Below, piece after piece: positions 1 through 11,324 of a stretch of DNA of 64,000 nucleotides (position 1 is its first letter; each line of letters opens with the position of its first letter). This DNA comes from Lama guanicoe (lineage: Eukaryota). The position numbers were made by a program, and so were the translations under genes. The stretch spans positions 3,221,713 through 3,285,712 of the forward strand of contig MU057102.1 of NCBI GenBank assembly GCA_013239625.1, read 5' to 3'. The notes beneath the pieces were generated by a model. The model was not told the origin of the DNA. It worked only from the letters and a program-made list of their open reading frames with translations, and did no database searches.

Positions 1-2217
1 CAGCTTGGAGGCGGCAGCCCTCGCCCGTCTGCCCAGGCAGGAGAGGGGTGCCCACACCCTGTGCCCTGCAGGGCCTCCCCAGCCGTTAGTCGCTGGTCCC
101 TGCGGCCTTAGTTTCCCCACCTGTGAAGTGGGCCTCAGCAGGACTTTGAGGTCCCTCAGCTCCTGAGCTCCTCCTGGGTGGGAGTGATGTGTAGGGTACC
201 CATCCAAGGGCTGAAAGGGGGCCGGTCCCTGTGCAGGGGAGGGGGTGAGAGAGACTCTTGTCCAGGGACAGGGGTGGGGCTGACATTGGCGTGGGAGCCG
301 GGAGCGGGGCACCAGGTTTGGGGCAGGCTTGGGGTCTGCACAGTGAGGGCAGGAGCCTGCATCACTCCAGGGAGGGGGTCCAGCGTGATGAGGAATCCCA
401 GACCCCTGGCCAGTGGCCAGCCTGCCTGCCAGGAGGAGACTGAGGGTAGCCTCTGCGTAGGCCTTCAGGGCCACCAGCCTCCTTCCTAAAGAGGGCCCAT
501 GGCCTGGGGCTGGCCTGGTGGGAGGTTCTGGCCCAGCCCAGGGGCTTGGCCCTTACACTGGGAGCTGGTAGCCATGGCAGTTTCTTGAGCACAGGAGGGA
601 CATGCTTGACTTTGGTTGTTGTAAAATGACTGTGGCAGCTGTACCGATGGGGGCTGGAGCCTGGGCAGAGTGGCCCCCTGGGCTCCCGCCCGGCCTTTAG
701 TCCCTCTGAACGCACTGAGGACAAACGCGCTGTGTGCCTGTCGGGGCCCATGGTGTGGGGGTTGCTCCCCAGTGAGGCTGCCACCAGGTTCCAGTCCATG
801 CTGTGGCCCATGGCCAGCAGCGACCCCTGGTGGCGGCCGGCCTGTGGCTGCGGCCCACCTGGGAGTCCATCCTGGGGAGAAGATGGGTCCTGGGGAGGTC
901 CGGGCTGGGGCCTTCGCCTGAGGCATGCTCAGAGGTCTTCTAACCAGGCAGGCCTCGGCCTGGGTCCCTGTGTGGGGACCCCCCCCCCGTGGCTGATGAG
1001 AGGAAGTGTCCTTTGCTGGTGGTTCTTCCGTAGGTCTGGTGCTTTCTCGCCCATGTCCTTTGTCCGCTTGACGATGGTGAGGTCTGGGCCGGCAGCACCA
1101 GCACCATCAGGAATGGGCTGGGAACGCAGAACCTCAGGCTGCCCTCCTCCTGGTTCCGGGGGCCACGGTGTGAGGACATGGCTCTAGGTCTCAGTTTCAG
1201 AGACGAGTGTCCGACCAGCTCTCTGCCGGCCCGTGCCCAGGGTCCCCTGATGCCCTGTGGGCCAGGACCCTGCCCAGTTCAGAAGGACTTCTGGGGGCTG
1301 CCGTACACCCTCCGTGCCTGTCCCTGGAGTTCACCTCCAAGTGCCTCCCCAGCCCCATCCCCTGTATCACAGGGTCACTGAGCAAGGCACCAAGACAAGG
1401 GCAGTGCTCTGGCCCGTGTCCAAGGGTCCAGCAAGTGTGTGACGCGCCCCTCCGCTGGAGTGGGCCCTGGGGGACCAGAGATGCAGCCACTGGGGCCGGG
1501 GGCGTGGACTTGGAAACCCTACTCAGGCCTTATTTCTTACTTGAGTTTTTAGAGGCAGAGCATTTTTCAGGAGCTACAAAAGTCTGTCCTAGACCGAGAA
1601 GCAGCCCGTAGGTTGCCTGACGCCACCTTCTCAGACTCCCTCACAGAACTGGCCCAGGAGACTGTGGGTCTGCAGCCTGGAAACCCAGCGGGAGCTGCCG
1701 GTCAGGAGATGGTGCCCCTTCTTCCTTGGGAACGGTCTCTGGGGACAGGAGGCCCTCCCTGCTGTCAAGACAGCTCGGAACTACCAACCACAGGTGTGAT
1801 CTCGGCACGGCTACGAGACGCACCAGCGACACCTCAGTGACTGTTCGATTAATGGGGCCGAGGCCTTGCCAAGTGACACAAAGCCAGCCCTCACCGTGGC
1901 TGGTTGTTTGCTTCCTCACATTAAAACTTTGGTCTGTTTGGATTTTGATCTGTGGTCATGAGGCAGAGATACCACGCCCCAGGACCACATGGCTGCCGGG
2001 GCAGACTTGGGCCCACCTCGTCGTCCCTAGGGCGGGCTGCCCGCCCACATGCCTGCCTGCGCCCGCCGAGCGGCTCCGGAGGAGGTACGGGGCAGGGGCA
2101 GGCTGACGGCGCAGAGTGGATGGAAGCCTGGGCGGCTCAGCCTCGGTTGGGCCAGAGCCAGAAACTTTCACTTCAGTCAAGACCAGGACAACCTCAGTGC
2201 TTAGACTTAAGGGAAAC

Positions 2218-2223
2218 TTTATT
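2218..2223 (-). terminator. TACC3 polyadenylation signal AATAAA
   Basis: tttatt on plus strand, about 120 nt past the stop codon, in a U-rich 3'UTR. Confidence 0.8.
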
Positions 2224-2341
2224 TAGTCTTCTTCCTAAAGCAACCTAGTTTAAAAACGAGTTGAGGTTAATAGAAAAGAAAAAAGAGTCAGACAGACACA
2301 CACACAGACAGGAGAGCCGGGCACCGGTCAGGACCTCCCCA

Positions 2342-2407
2342 TCAGATTTTCTCCATCTTGGAAATGAGGTCGTCACAGATCCTGGTCAGTTCATCGTTTT
2401 CCTTAGT
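2342..2407 (-). CDS. TACC3: TACC3 last coding exon
   Basis: [21 protein letters not shown] then TGA at 2344-2342. Confidence 0.95.
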   Translation of the reverse strand, partial: TKENDELTRICDDLISKMEKI

Positions 2408-5400
2408 CTGGAGGAGGGAAGTCGAATCCTGAGAATTCTCACACAGTGCTCTGAGGAGTCGGGAGCAGCTCCAGGGCTTCTAGAACCAGGGGTCTGCTCC
2501 TCCCCGGCTCTGCCCAGACCCTGGGACCCCGTGCCCACCTTCTGCTCCACGACCTTCTCCAGGGAGTGGACCCGCATCTGCTCCTTCCTCAGGACCGCCT
2601 GCAGCGCCAGAGCCTCCGCCTGGGCCTTGCTGCGGACCTGAGCGATCTCCTCGTTGGCCCTGGAGCAGCGGAGGGCAGGGCTGAGCCCCGACTCGGGGCC
2701 TCCTCCAGCCCCGCCCCCAGCCCCAGGCTGCACCACTCACAGCTGGAGCTTCTCCTCCGCGTGGGCCTTCAGCGCCTGGTACCTCTGGCTCTCCTTCTCG
2801 ATCCTCCCTATGTAGCCCTCCACACATTGCTTCAGGGACTCTTCGTTCTTTAAGGAAGAGTGATGTGAACTCTGACTGATGGCATGCTGCTGTCTGACCG
2901 CATTCAGGAGCGGCCTGGGGGACCCCCCAGGTCAGGTGGGGGCGGTTCCCCAGCGCCGGCTCTCTGGTCGTTCGTGAAATAGCAGTGGACGAGGCCACGT
3001 GGGAGAAGCACTCCCCATTTCCTTCTAAGGACGGTCTACCACACACACAGCCCCAGGCCTCCCCATCCTGGGGTTCAGGAGGGTCCTCAGACACTGGGCC
3101 TCATCCCCTGACACACACGGGCCTCCTGTCCGTCCCTCAGCCTGCCTGGCACACAGAGCCCACCTGTACGGCCCCTACTCTCCTGCCTCCCCTCCCAGCC
3201 CTGGGCTATGGGGGCCGGGTCTCCCAACTGGCCCAGGATGGGTGAAGACAGCAGTGGGGACTGGACATGGCGATCTCTGCAAGGGGACAACCTTGCAGGC
3301 ATGCACGTGAGGTTGTAGATGACAAAAACGACAGCCAGGGCTGGAACCTGGGGCCCCCACATCACCCTGCTTCCCAGATGCAACCCGAAGGCTCAGCTCC
3401 CCCCTGCAGCCTCCAGGCCCCGCCAGCACTTGTCGCCTTGCCTCACTGGAGACAAGGCCAACGCCTGCTGGCCCTGGCACCTACCGCACGGTAGCCTTCG
3501 ATCACCTCCTTCTGTTTCTCAAATCGCTTGAAAAGATCAGAAAAAGACTTCTCCAGGGAGTGCAAGACTGCAGTAAGCTGGTCCTTTTCCTTCAGAACCT
3601 TCTGGATCTCAACTCTGGCAAGTTCCTTCCGTTTCTGGGCCTCCTCTTCAGGAAAGAAAACCAGCACTTGGGATGGGGGGCACCCATGGCAAGAGACCAG
3701 GGCGGGCGGCCGGAGGGCCCACTGGGGCGAGGTGACGGTCGCTCTCCTGTGAGCTTCCCAGGCAGGACCTAGGGGCCACAAGTGCCCAAGAAACAGCCAT
3801 TCCCTCCCCCCAGCTCCACCCAGACCCAGAGGCAGTGGATAGTGAACCCAGGGCCCAACTTCAGAGGCCCTGGGAAGAGGTGGGGCCAAGGCGCTCAGAG
3901 CCCACAGCCACACCCACCCCAGCCTGGACACGCCCAGTGCCCGGCACCCAGTGGCTGAAGCTGGACAAGCAGCCACCTGGGGGAGGGGGACACCGCAGTG
4001 CAGCACCTACGGGAGGGACCCTATCTTTCCTGGCCTTGGCCCCGGATGCCAGCTCAGGGGCTGGCCAATTTTGGGGTTGGTAAGTGCCAGTGGCCCAGAG
4101 CCACCAGGCCTCCCTGACCGCCAGCTGCTCCACTGCAGGGGGTGTGGGCATGTGGGCTTAGCTTGCAGGAGGGAGCTGCTACTGGGAAGAAAGGCCGTGG
4201 GCGCCCGGCACTCACCCATCGCTTGATACACGGTCCCCTCAAACCCATCCATGATCTTCCTGCGGGAGGAGAGCAGATGTGCCATGAGCGCTGTGGCAGG
4301 CGGGTGGGCAGGCGGGCACCCAGGTCCCAGCAGCCACTCAGGCCTCACCCCATCTCCAGGATCCTGGCGTGGAGCTCGGCGCACTGGCTCCTCAGTGCCT
4401 CGTTCTCCTTCTGTGTTGCTTCCACCTGCGCGGACCGTAGCTCTGAGTTGGTGCTGGGCACCCTCCCATGCCAGTACCTCCTGTCCCACTCAGCGATCAC
4501 CGGACTAGGGGGCCTGCATGCGCTGGGTATATGGTGGGAACACCACGTGGTACAGACGTGGTGGGAGAACAGCCTGCAGAGGGCAGGCCCAGTGGCAGGG
4601 AGGATCCAGCTGCCGGCTGGGGCCTGGCATGCAGGCCTCCCTGAGAGGGAACAAGCTGGACACCGCCCAGGGCATCACCTAGGCAGCGAGGAGACTTGGG
4701 GGCTGAGGCCCAGCCCTGCCAGCTGTCCTGCTTTGCCACCCCTAGGGCAGCTCAGAGTGGTGCCCAACGAGGACATCCAGACCCTCAGCTAACTAGGTGA
4801 CTGGTGGGGGTCCGTAAGTGGACACCAGGATTCCACGAGCAGCAGCACGAGGAAGACCAGAGCTCAGAGCCATCCACGGGGCTCTCCTCCGGGGTGGTGC
4901 CTGGGGGCCCGTCCTCCCGATCATCCTCACCACTGTGTCCAGGTCCCTCTGGCTGTACTGCAGCACGTCCACAATGGGCCCCACGGGCAACAGCGGGCCC
5001 CCGGGCCCGAGGTCACATGGAATCGGGCCAAGTGCCTGCGGGGTGATGGAGACAGGCTGGGCAGGTTCCACTGGTGCTCGTCTCCGCCGGTTTCCCAGAC
5101 GGCACAGCTCGGCGCCCTGGCCCAGCCGACCTCCTGATGCCTTCCCCCAGGTCCCAGAACATAAATCCCACGCCCTTGGAACATGTGTCTCTTTACACCG
5201 CGTGGGGAACCAAGCACTTACGGGAACACCCGGGGCGCCGAGGAAGTCCAGTTCCACCAGCTTCGCCTCGGGGGGGCTTCCCGAGGAAGGCGTGTCCACG
5301 CCCTGTGCCCTGAGATCGAAACAGAACACACGTGTCGTTTACCTGCAGGGTGGGGTCAGCCCAGGTTCTCCCCGAAGGGCTGAGTGAGCGCCTCGGGATT

Positions 5401-8400
5401 TGTGGGCCACCCGGCCTGTCAGGCCTCTGGCTCGGCCGGTGTCTGATTCAGGTTCACACCTGCCAGCCCGCCTGTCGCCCGCAGACAGAGGAGAGGCACA
5501 CCTGCTGGTCTCGGGGGCTGCGGGCACCGGTCTCCGAGGGCTGTCCTGCAGGAGCGGGTCGAACTTGAGGTACAAGGACTGCTTCCTCAGGGCTGACTCC
5601 TTAAACTGCTGCGGTAGGGGGAGCAGGTTCAGCGGCATCCCCGACATGCAGCGCCTGGGACAGGCCCAGGCAGATCATGGCCTGCGTGGCGCAGGAGGGG
5701 GACACGACTCCGCTGGGAGCAGCTGCAGGACAGGGGCCTGGAGACACCATCCCCACCGGCCAGCCCTGGGCGGACACAGACGCTGCCCGAGTTGAGGAAG
5801 CCTGGTGACTGCCGAGCAGGGCAGGGACTCAGGGCTGTTCCAGAAACAGCCCCTTTTTGAGACTCACACTTGAGGAAAGGCTGCCACGAGGTGCAGGATA
5901 CTCACCGAGGAAGCCCCAAACTGCTCCAGGTAGTCCACTTCAACCCCCGTGCCTAGAACTGAGAGTAGCGGGTGGCTGCGTCACGGCCCGTGGGACTCAG
6001 GCTAGAGCTCTCCGGCGCAGGGCTCGGCAGCTCCCAAGCACCCCCCGCCCCTGGCTCCCTTCCACGGCCCGGTCCGCCCTGGACAGACGGCCCTTTGCTG
6101 TAAGGCGGGGCTGCCGCCCTGCTCATGACGCTGGGGGCTGGGTGGTTTTGTTGGGCCACACACAAGGGCTGATAGACCCCCCAGGAGTAACGGCCAAGGG
6201 CACCCCTGGCTGAGCAGCAGTGTGCAGCCAGCCCGGAAGAGCCCTTTGTGCTCTGGTGCGACCTTTGTTTACAGATTCTAAAGGTGACTCGTGCCATAGA
6301 CAGAAACTGACCCAAAATGGATCAAAGCCCCAAGTGTATGAGTTAAAACCACAGAATTCTTAGAAGAAAACACAAGGGCACACCCTCGTGACACCGGGTG
6401 TGACAGTGACTCATCAGGACTGACGCCAGACGCACAAGCAGCAAGGTGACAGCTTGGGCCTCCAAGGACACAGGGTGCAAAGGCAAGTTTTGCAGATCAG
6501 GTGCCTGACGAGGGGTCCCTACCCAGATTACACTAGAAATCTCTGCAACTTGGTCATATGGCAAATAACTCAGCGAAGAAATGGGAAAGGATCTGAGCAT
6601 ATGCTCCTCCAAAGGGGAGACTCAAAAGGTCAACACGCACGTGGACAAATGTGGCTCGTTGGTGAGGGACCGTGACATGCAGCCAGCACCGCGTGCAGGC
6701 GGGACGCAGTGCAGCTGGCCCTTGGGTGCTGCCCATGGAGGGGTAAGAGGTGCGGGCCTGTGGAGAACGGCTGGGCAGCTCCTCCCACAGTCAGCACAAT
6801 GTGACCAGGTCCCTCTAGGTACATCTGCCCCAGAGAAGTGGGCCATGCACGGCCACACGTAAACATGTACGTGAGTGTTCCCAGCGGCCTTAGTCGTAAC
6901 AGCGCAAAAGTGGAAACCATCCCGAAGTCCATCAACTAGTAAAAGAAGAAACGAGATGTAATTTCCACATGGTGGAATGTTGCTTAGCCATAAAAGGAGG
7001 TCCTGACCTGAAACGGACCTTGTTGTCCAGTGAAAGACACCAGACACAAAACCGCACATTGTGTGCCTCCAGGTCCCTGGCCTAGTGGAGCGCGTCCATG
7101 GCTTCTGGTCCCACCTATGTGCGGAGGGCCCCACGGCTGTCCTGCCAGAGAAGCCCTGCGTCCACGTCCTGTCTCCACTGCACCTGTGGGCTCTTACGTA
7201 ACCCAAACCGAGAGTGTCTCCAGTTGCCTTCTGTCTTGCGAAGCAGCTCAGTCACAAGCCCTCACTGAGCTCAGCTTAGACCCAGGGCTCTTCCAGCCCT
7301 CCTGTCATCTCTGTGGGGTCCTGTTTCAAACAGCATGTCCCCCGGAACAGTGAGGCCCCAGCTGCCTCCGGACTGCACTCGAGCTGTCTAAGCCAGGGCT
7401 TCTGCCCAGTTTTCTGAGCCTAAGATTTTTTTTATGTCACAGGCATCAGCCCTGTTCTCCTGAAAATGCCTATCTTTTGATAAACCAGAAGTTTCTGCTT
7501 GAATCACTGAAGTCAGGGAACAGAGCTGCCTGCAGGACAATGGCAGCAGGTGCCACTGAACGTGTGCTCGTGAAATGTTCCGAGCAACCTGGCTGTGAGG
7601 ACAGACAGCGACGTACCCTCAGTGGGGTCTCGGAAGTGCTCCCCAGTCAGGTCCAAGGCGGGCTCCAGGCCCTGAGGAGCAGGGGGCATTGGGTCAGCAG
7701 GCGCGGTCACTGGCTCAGTGCTCGGGCTGCTAGTGGGAGCTGGTGCACCCGAAGAGCCTGCAGATCCCTCCTGGAAGGGAGGTCGGGGTCACCTTGGGGG
7801 CTTGGTTTGGGCACCTCATGTAGTCTCGTCAGGACGAGGGACATGGGGGTGGGGGTAGGGGCAGCAGCCTGTGCCCCCAGGCCCCCTCCGCCCCGTTACG
7901 ATACCCAGACATGGTGACAGTGCAAGGATGTGTCACACTGGGGTGCCCACCCGCACTCCGTACCTCACTTGTAGCTCCTGTGGTCCCCGCCGGGCTCTGT
8001 ACCCCAGGTGTGTCATCTGCTGAGGCTGAAAGCACCTGCCTGAAGAGACAGGGTCTGCAGGGCCTGTGTCCCCACTGCCACTTCGGCACTCACCTGCCGC
8101 CTGCCCTGCAAACCCCGCCCAGCAAGCCAGGCACGGGGCCAGCTGAGCAGCCCGGCAAAGCCGGCCCCCAACCTCACCTGCACGAGAACCACTCCTCAGA
8201 AGGAGCTCTGAGGTCACTCAACTCAAGGAAAAGCAAACCACGAGGATCCACGTATCCCCCCCATCAGGAAACCGCAGCAGGAGCTGGGTGGGCTCCTCTG
8301 TGGCCACACGCCCGCGGCGGCCACGAAGCTGCGTCCTGGGAGCTCACGCCAGGAAACTCGGGCTCCCCTGGAGCCACGCTGCCTCGGGGAACCCTAGGGA

Positions 8401-11324
8401 CTCTCTGCTAGGAGCTTTCTAGACCTCCCGGGTGGGTCACAGCACAGGACGCCCCCTGTGAGGGGCCGACGTCACTCCTCTGCTTCTTATTCCCAAGAGC
8501 TGCGTCTGCCCTGGGCCTCTCGGGGTGCAGGTGGCACATCTGGTCTGGGGCCCACGGGCGCCCACACCCTGGAGCTGCTGCCCTGCCACCACCCCCCGAC
8601 ACTCACTGGCTTGGTGATGAGTCCTCTGCGGCTGCAGGCCTGGCTGGCCTGCTCTGGGGGTGCTCCGGGGGCCAGGCCTCTCCGTCACCTCCACATGGGT
8701 TAAAGTCTGGGTCATCCAGCTTGTCCCCATCCAGGCTGCCAGACCTTCGTGGAGGGGGATCAGGACCCTCGCCCGCAGCCATGGTGGCCTTTTCCTGCCT
8801 CATCTCTGGTCTCCTTGAGGGAGGTTTGAGACCTGGGGCCGTCCCTCGTTTCCTCAGTGGAGGTGGCTTTTTGCTGGTGGCATCATCAGGGAAGTCAAAT
8901 TCTAGCCTCACAGGCCTGCTTCTCAAAGAGCTGGCCTCCTGGCCCCTGCCCTCCTCACTCTGAGAACTGGGGGCTGGGGCCCCTCCAGCCTCCACACGGC
9001 CGACCAGGGCAGTGGCCTTGGGGCCTACAGGGCCCTCGTCAGGCAGGTCTGTGTGGGGCTCCCCTGCGTGGGCTCCTCCGGGGAGGGTACCGGGAGCTGG
9101 AGCAGCCCCCACGCATGAAGCAGGAACCGCATCCGGGTTTTCTCCTGGGAGGCTACATGGGTCCTCTGCTCTGTCTGTGTCTTGGGACACCATCCCGGGA
9201 GGGTGTTCTAGAATCTTGGGTGTGGATGCAACACTTTCCTCTGAGGAACGAGAATGGACATGCTCCTCCCAGGCTTGTTCAGGGCTGCTTGACACTCGTC
9301 CTGAAGATGCCACTTGGTTTTCAACACTTTCTGGCATTTGAGGGAAGCTTGAGGGACCCAGACCGGCACAGGCGGGCCCACTGGGAAGCCTGTCTTCAGA
9401 CGCTGGTCTCACGAACTCTGGAGGAAGGTTGGCCCCCTCCACTGCTGGCTTCTGCAGAATTCCATTAGTTGTCCTGGTCTCTGTTTCCTGGGTAAACTGT
9501 TGGCTTTTAGAAACAGACTTAGTTAACACAAATGAACCAGTTAGGTTTTCATTTAGATTTCAGTCTGCGTGAAAACATTAGTTAAAGAAAGAAAAAAAAA
9601 ATACAATCATACAATCAACCTTCCCAGGTTAACTTTCCAAGCGCAGTCTGCTGGCGGCCACCTGGAGACCCAGGGTTCCAAGGCAGATGGCGTGGAAACG
9701 CCAAAGGCAAAGGATCAAAGGCCAGGCTTCCCTGTCAGCTGGGGCCTAGCAGCTACGTGGTCAAGGACAGTCTGGGCACAGGAGGGTCAGGCTCCTCACT
9801 GGAGAGCAAGAAAGATGAGGTCCAGGACACTGCCTTCAGGCCTGCCCACCCTGGGTCCTCCTGGGCCTCCCGCGCCTCCCCTCTGTGGCCCTGGAGCAGC
9901 CCGGAGGCAGAGTCCCAACAGCTGGGTTTCCCTTCCCTTGTGGGGCTGTTACAGAAGAACGGTATTTGATCACTCTAATCTCATTAGCTGAATTTCAAAA
10001 TGAAGAGTAAAAAATCTAAAGTTGGAAAGCAGCAAGGAAAGGCGAGGAGGGATTCAGGAGGAGGAGGAGGGAACGTGGCCCGAGCACATTTCACTCGAGT
10101 TAGGTGACGGGGACATTAGCGATGTTTTGCTTTTACACGTTTCTCTGAAACCTGTTTAAAAGAAAAAGCAAGGTCTAAAACAGTTTAAGTCAGCAAAAGT
10201 CAGGACCAAATGCGCCAGCGAGGCCCCTTCTCACCCAGACGCAGAGGGTCCCGGGCCTGCCCACTTGGTCCGTCCTAATCTGGGGGCAGCGGACTCATCT
10301 CCAGACTGAGGCTGGAAAAGCCTCGGCTTTGCTTAGGCTACCAGCACATCCAGTAAAACGCCTCGGCCAGGGCAGGCTGCGAAGAAGCTGCTCTTGATTA
10401 AAGTCAGGTGCTTAAAACCTGGTCCGTCAGACGCCACTGGCACTCTGACTAGATTAACAGTTTCTCTGCCTTCAGAGGTAAGATCTGTCTGTGAGCTTTC
10501 TCCAGGGCTGGATGTGGAGAACATGAGGCTGACTTGTGAGGAGGGAGATCCCAGTGGAATGCTATAAAAGCAGCAAACCACAGAGCAGCCCCAGGAGAGG
10601 AGGCCAGGACATTTCACGAAGCCAGGGAAGCAGAAACTATGGCCAGTTTGTTGGCAAGGATGCAGCAAAGGTGCGGAACGCACATTTAAACTCAGGCTGC
10701 TTCGGGACTCACTCTTCAGGAACAAATGACTTCTGAGTACTCTGGCCATGCACGACACAAACCCAGAGCAGAGACCAGCTGGATGTGACAAACAAGACAG
10801 ACTCTTCCTGCCACGTCCGTCAGAGAGGTCACAGCTGCAATACATCAGACGGCACCGACACTTACTTCTCCTTCTGGGTCCAGACTTGGTGAGAGTTTTC
10901 TAATCCAGGGGTGTCGCCCAGAGCTAAAAAAACTTCAAGTTTGCTGCTCATGCTGGGACTTAAAATCCTGTGTGTCTGTGGATCCCGCAGAGGTGTCTGA
11001 AAAGTCACCTGTTGGGGAGGGAGGAGGGCTCCTAGTCAGTAACTCACATCTCCAAGCACCATGCCCTGGTAGCGCAGTAAGTCCCCGGGAAAGCAGGTCC
11101 CAGGATGACTGCACCTGTGACACTTGGTAGATTTAGATCTATACAGGGGGAGACATGCTCACCTTCACTGCTTTGGCTGTGCTCTTGGGTGGCACATTTT
11201 CTTTCTGTGACAAACGGAGTACAGGCAACCTTCCGGTAACTTCCAGTGGTGAAAACAGGAAGTCATAGTTCTCTGTGCTTTTGTCATCAGTGACATTCTC
11301 GTCACTGAAGATGTGCAGACTCAT
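2342..11324 (-). CDS. TACC3: Transforming acidic coiled-coil-containing protein 3 (spliced, 15 coding exons, 785 aa)
   Basis: Exons (minus): 11163-11324, 10866-11008, 8607-9503, 7964-8039, 7617-7770, 5906-5958, 5502-5605, 5222-5309, 4931-5035, 4349-4425, 4216-4259, 3485-3645, 2741-2847, 2539-2659, 2342-2407; total 2358 nt, all GT-AG with compatible phases. N-terminus [11 protein letters not shown]...KENVPPK...[18 protein letters not shown], Aurora-A/clathrin region [20 protein letters not shown]-terminal TACC coiled coil ending [16 protein letters not shown]. Confidence 0.97.
2539..2659 (-). CDS. TACC3: TACC3 coding exon 14
   Basis: [40 protein letters not shown]. Confidence 0.95.
2741..2847 (-). 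CDS. TACC3: TACC3 coding exon 13
   Basis: [35 protein letters not shown]. Confidence 0.95.
3485..3645 (-). CDS. TACC3: TACC3 coding exon 12
   Basis: [53 protein letters not shown]. Confidence 0.95.
4216..4259 (-). CDS. TACC3: TACC3 coding exon 11
   Basis: [14 protein letters not shown]; 44 nt. Confidence 0.93.
4349..4425 (-). CDS. TACC3: TACC3 coding exon 10
   Basis: [25 protein letters not shown]; start of TACC coiled coil. Confidence 0.93.
4931..5035 (-). CDS. TACC3: TACC3 coding exon 9
   Basis: [35 protein letters not shown]. Confidence 0.92.
5222..5309 (-). CDS. TACC3: TACC3 coding exon 8
   Basis: [29 protein letters not shown]; gtaagt donor. Confidence 0.92.
5502..5605 (-). CDS. TACC3: TACC3 coding exon 7 (Aurora-A sites, clathrin-binding dileucine)
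   Basis: [34 protein letters not shown]; CAGCAG tandem acceptor. Confidence 0.95.
5906..5958 (-). CDS. TACC3: TACC3 coding exon 6
   Basis: (V)[17 protein letters not shown]; ctcag acceptor, gtgagt donor. Confidence 0.93.
6295..7070 (+). mobile_element. Old L1 (L1M-type) ORF2 3' end/3'UTR fragment in a TACC3 intron
   Basis: aaaatggatcaaag...ttagaagaaaacac, aaatgggaaaggatctgag, aaaagtggaaaccatcc...gccataaaaggag resemble degraded L1 3' consensus. Confidence 0.7.
7617..7770 (-). CDS. TACC3: TACC3 coding exon 5
   Basis: [10 protein letters not shown]...[15 protein letters not shown]; ttccag acceptor, gtacgt donor. Confidence 0.88.
7964..8039 (-). CDS. TACC3: TACC3 coding exon 4
   Basis: [25 protein letters not shown]; ttcag acceptor, gtacgg donor; phase fits neighbours. 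Confidence 0.88.
8607..9503 (-). CDS. TACC3: TACC3 large low-complexity coding exon 3
   Basis: [19 protein letters not shown]...PVRLEFDF...LDDPDFNP...SPS; ctaaaag acceptor, gtgagt donor; 897 nt. Confidence 0.93.
10866..11008 (-). CDS. TACC3: TACC3 coding exon 2
   Basis: [47 protein letters not shown]; caacag acceptor, gtaagt donor. Confidence 0.95.
11163..11324 (-). CDS. TACC3: TACC3 coding exon 1 (start codon)
   Basis: ttccag|A ATG AGT...; [54 protein letters not shown]; donor gtgagc. Confidence 0.95.

Noticed and set aside
1-2150. Many overlapping ORFs downstream of TACC3
   Set aside because: No recognisable homology or consistent exon structure; GC-rich intergenic DNA.
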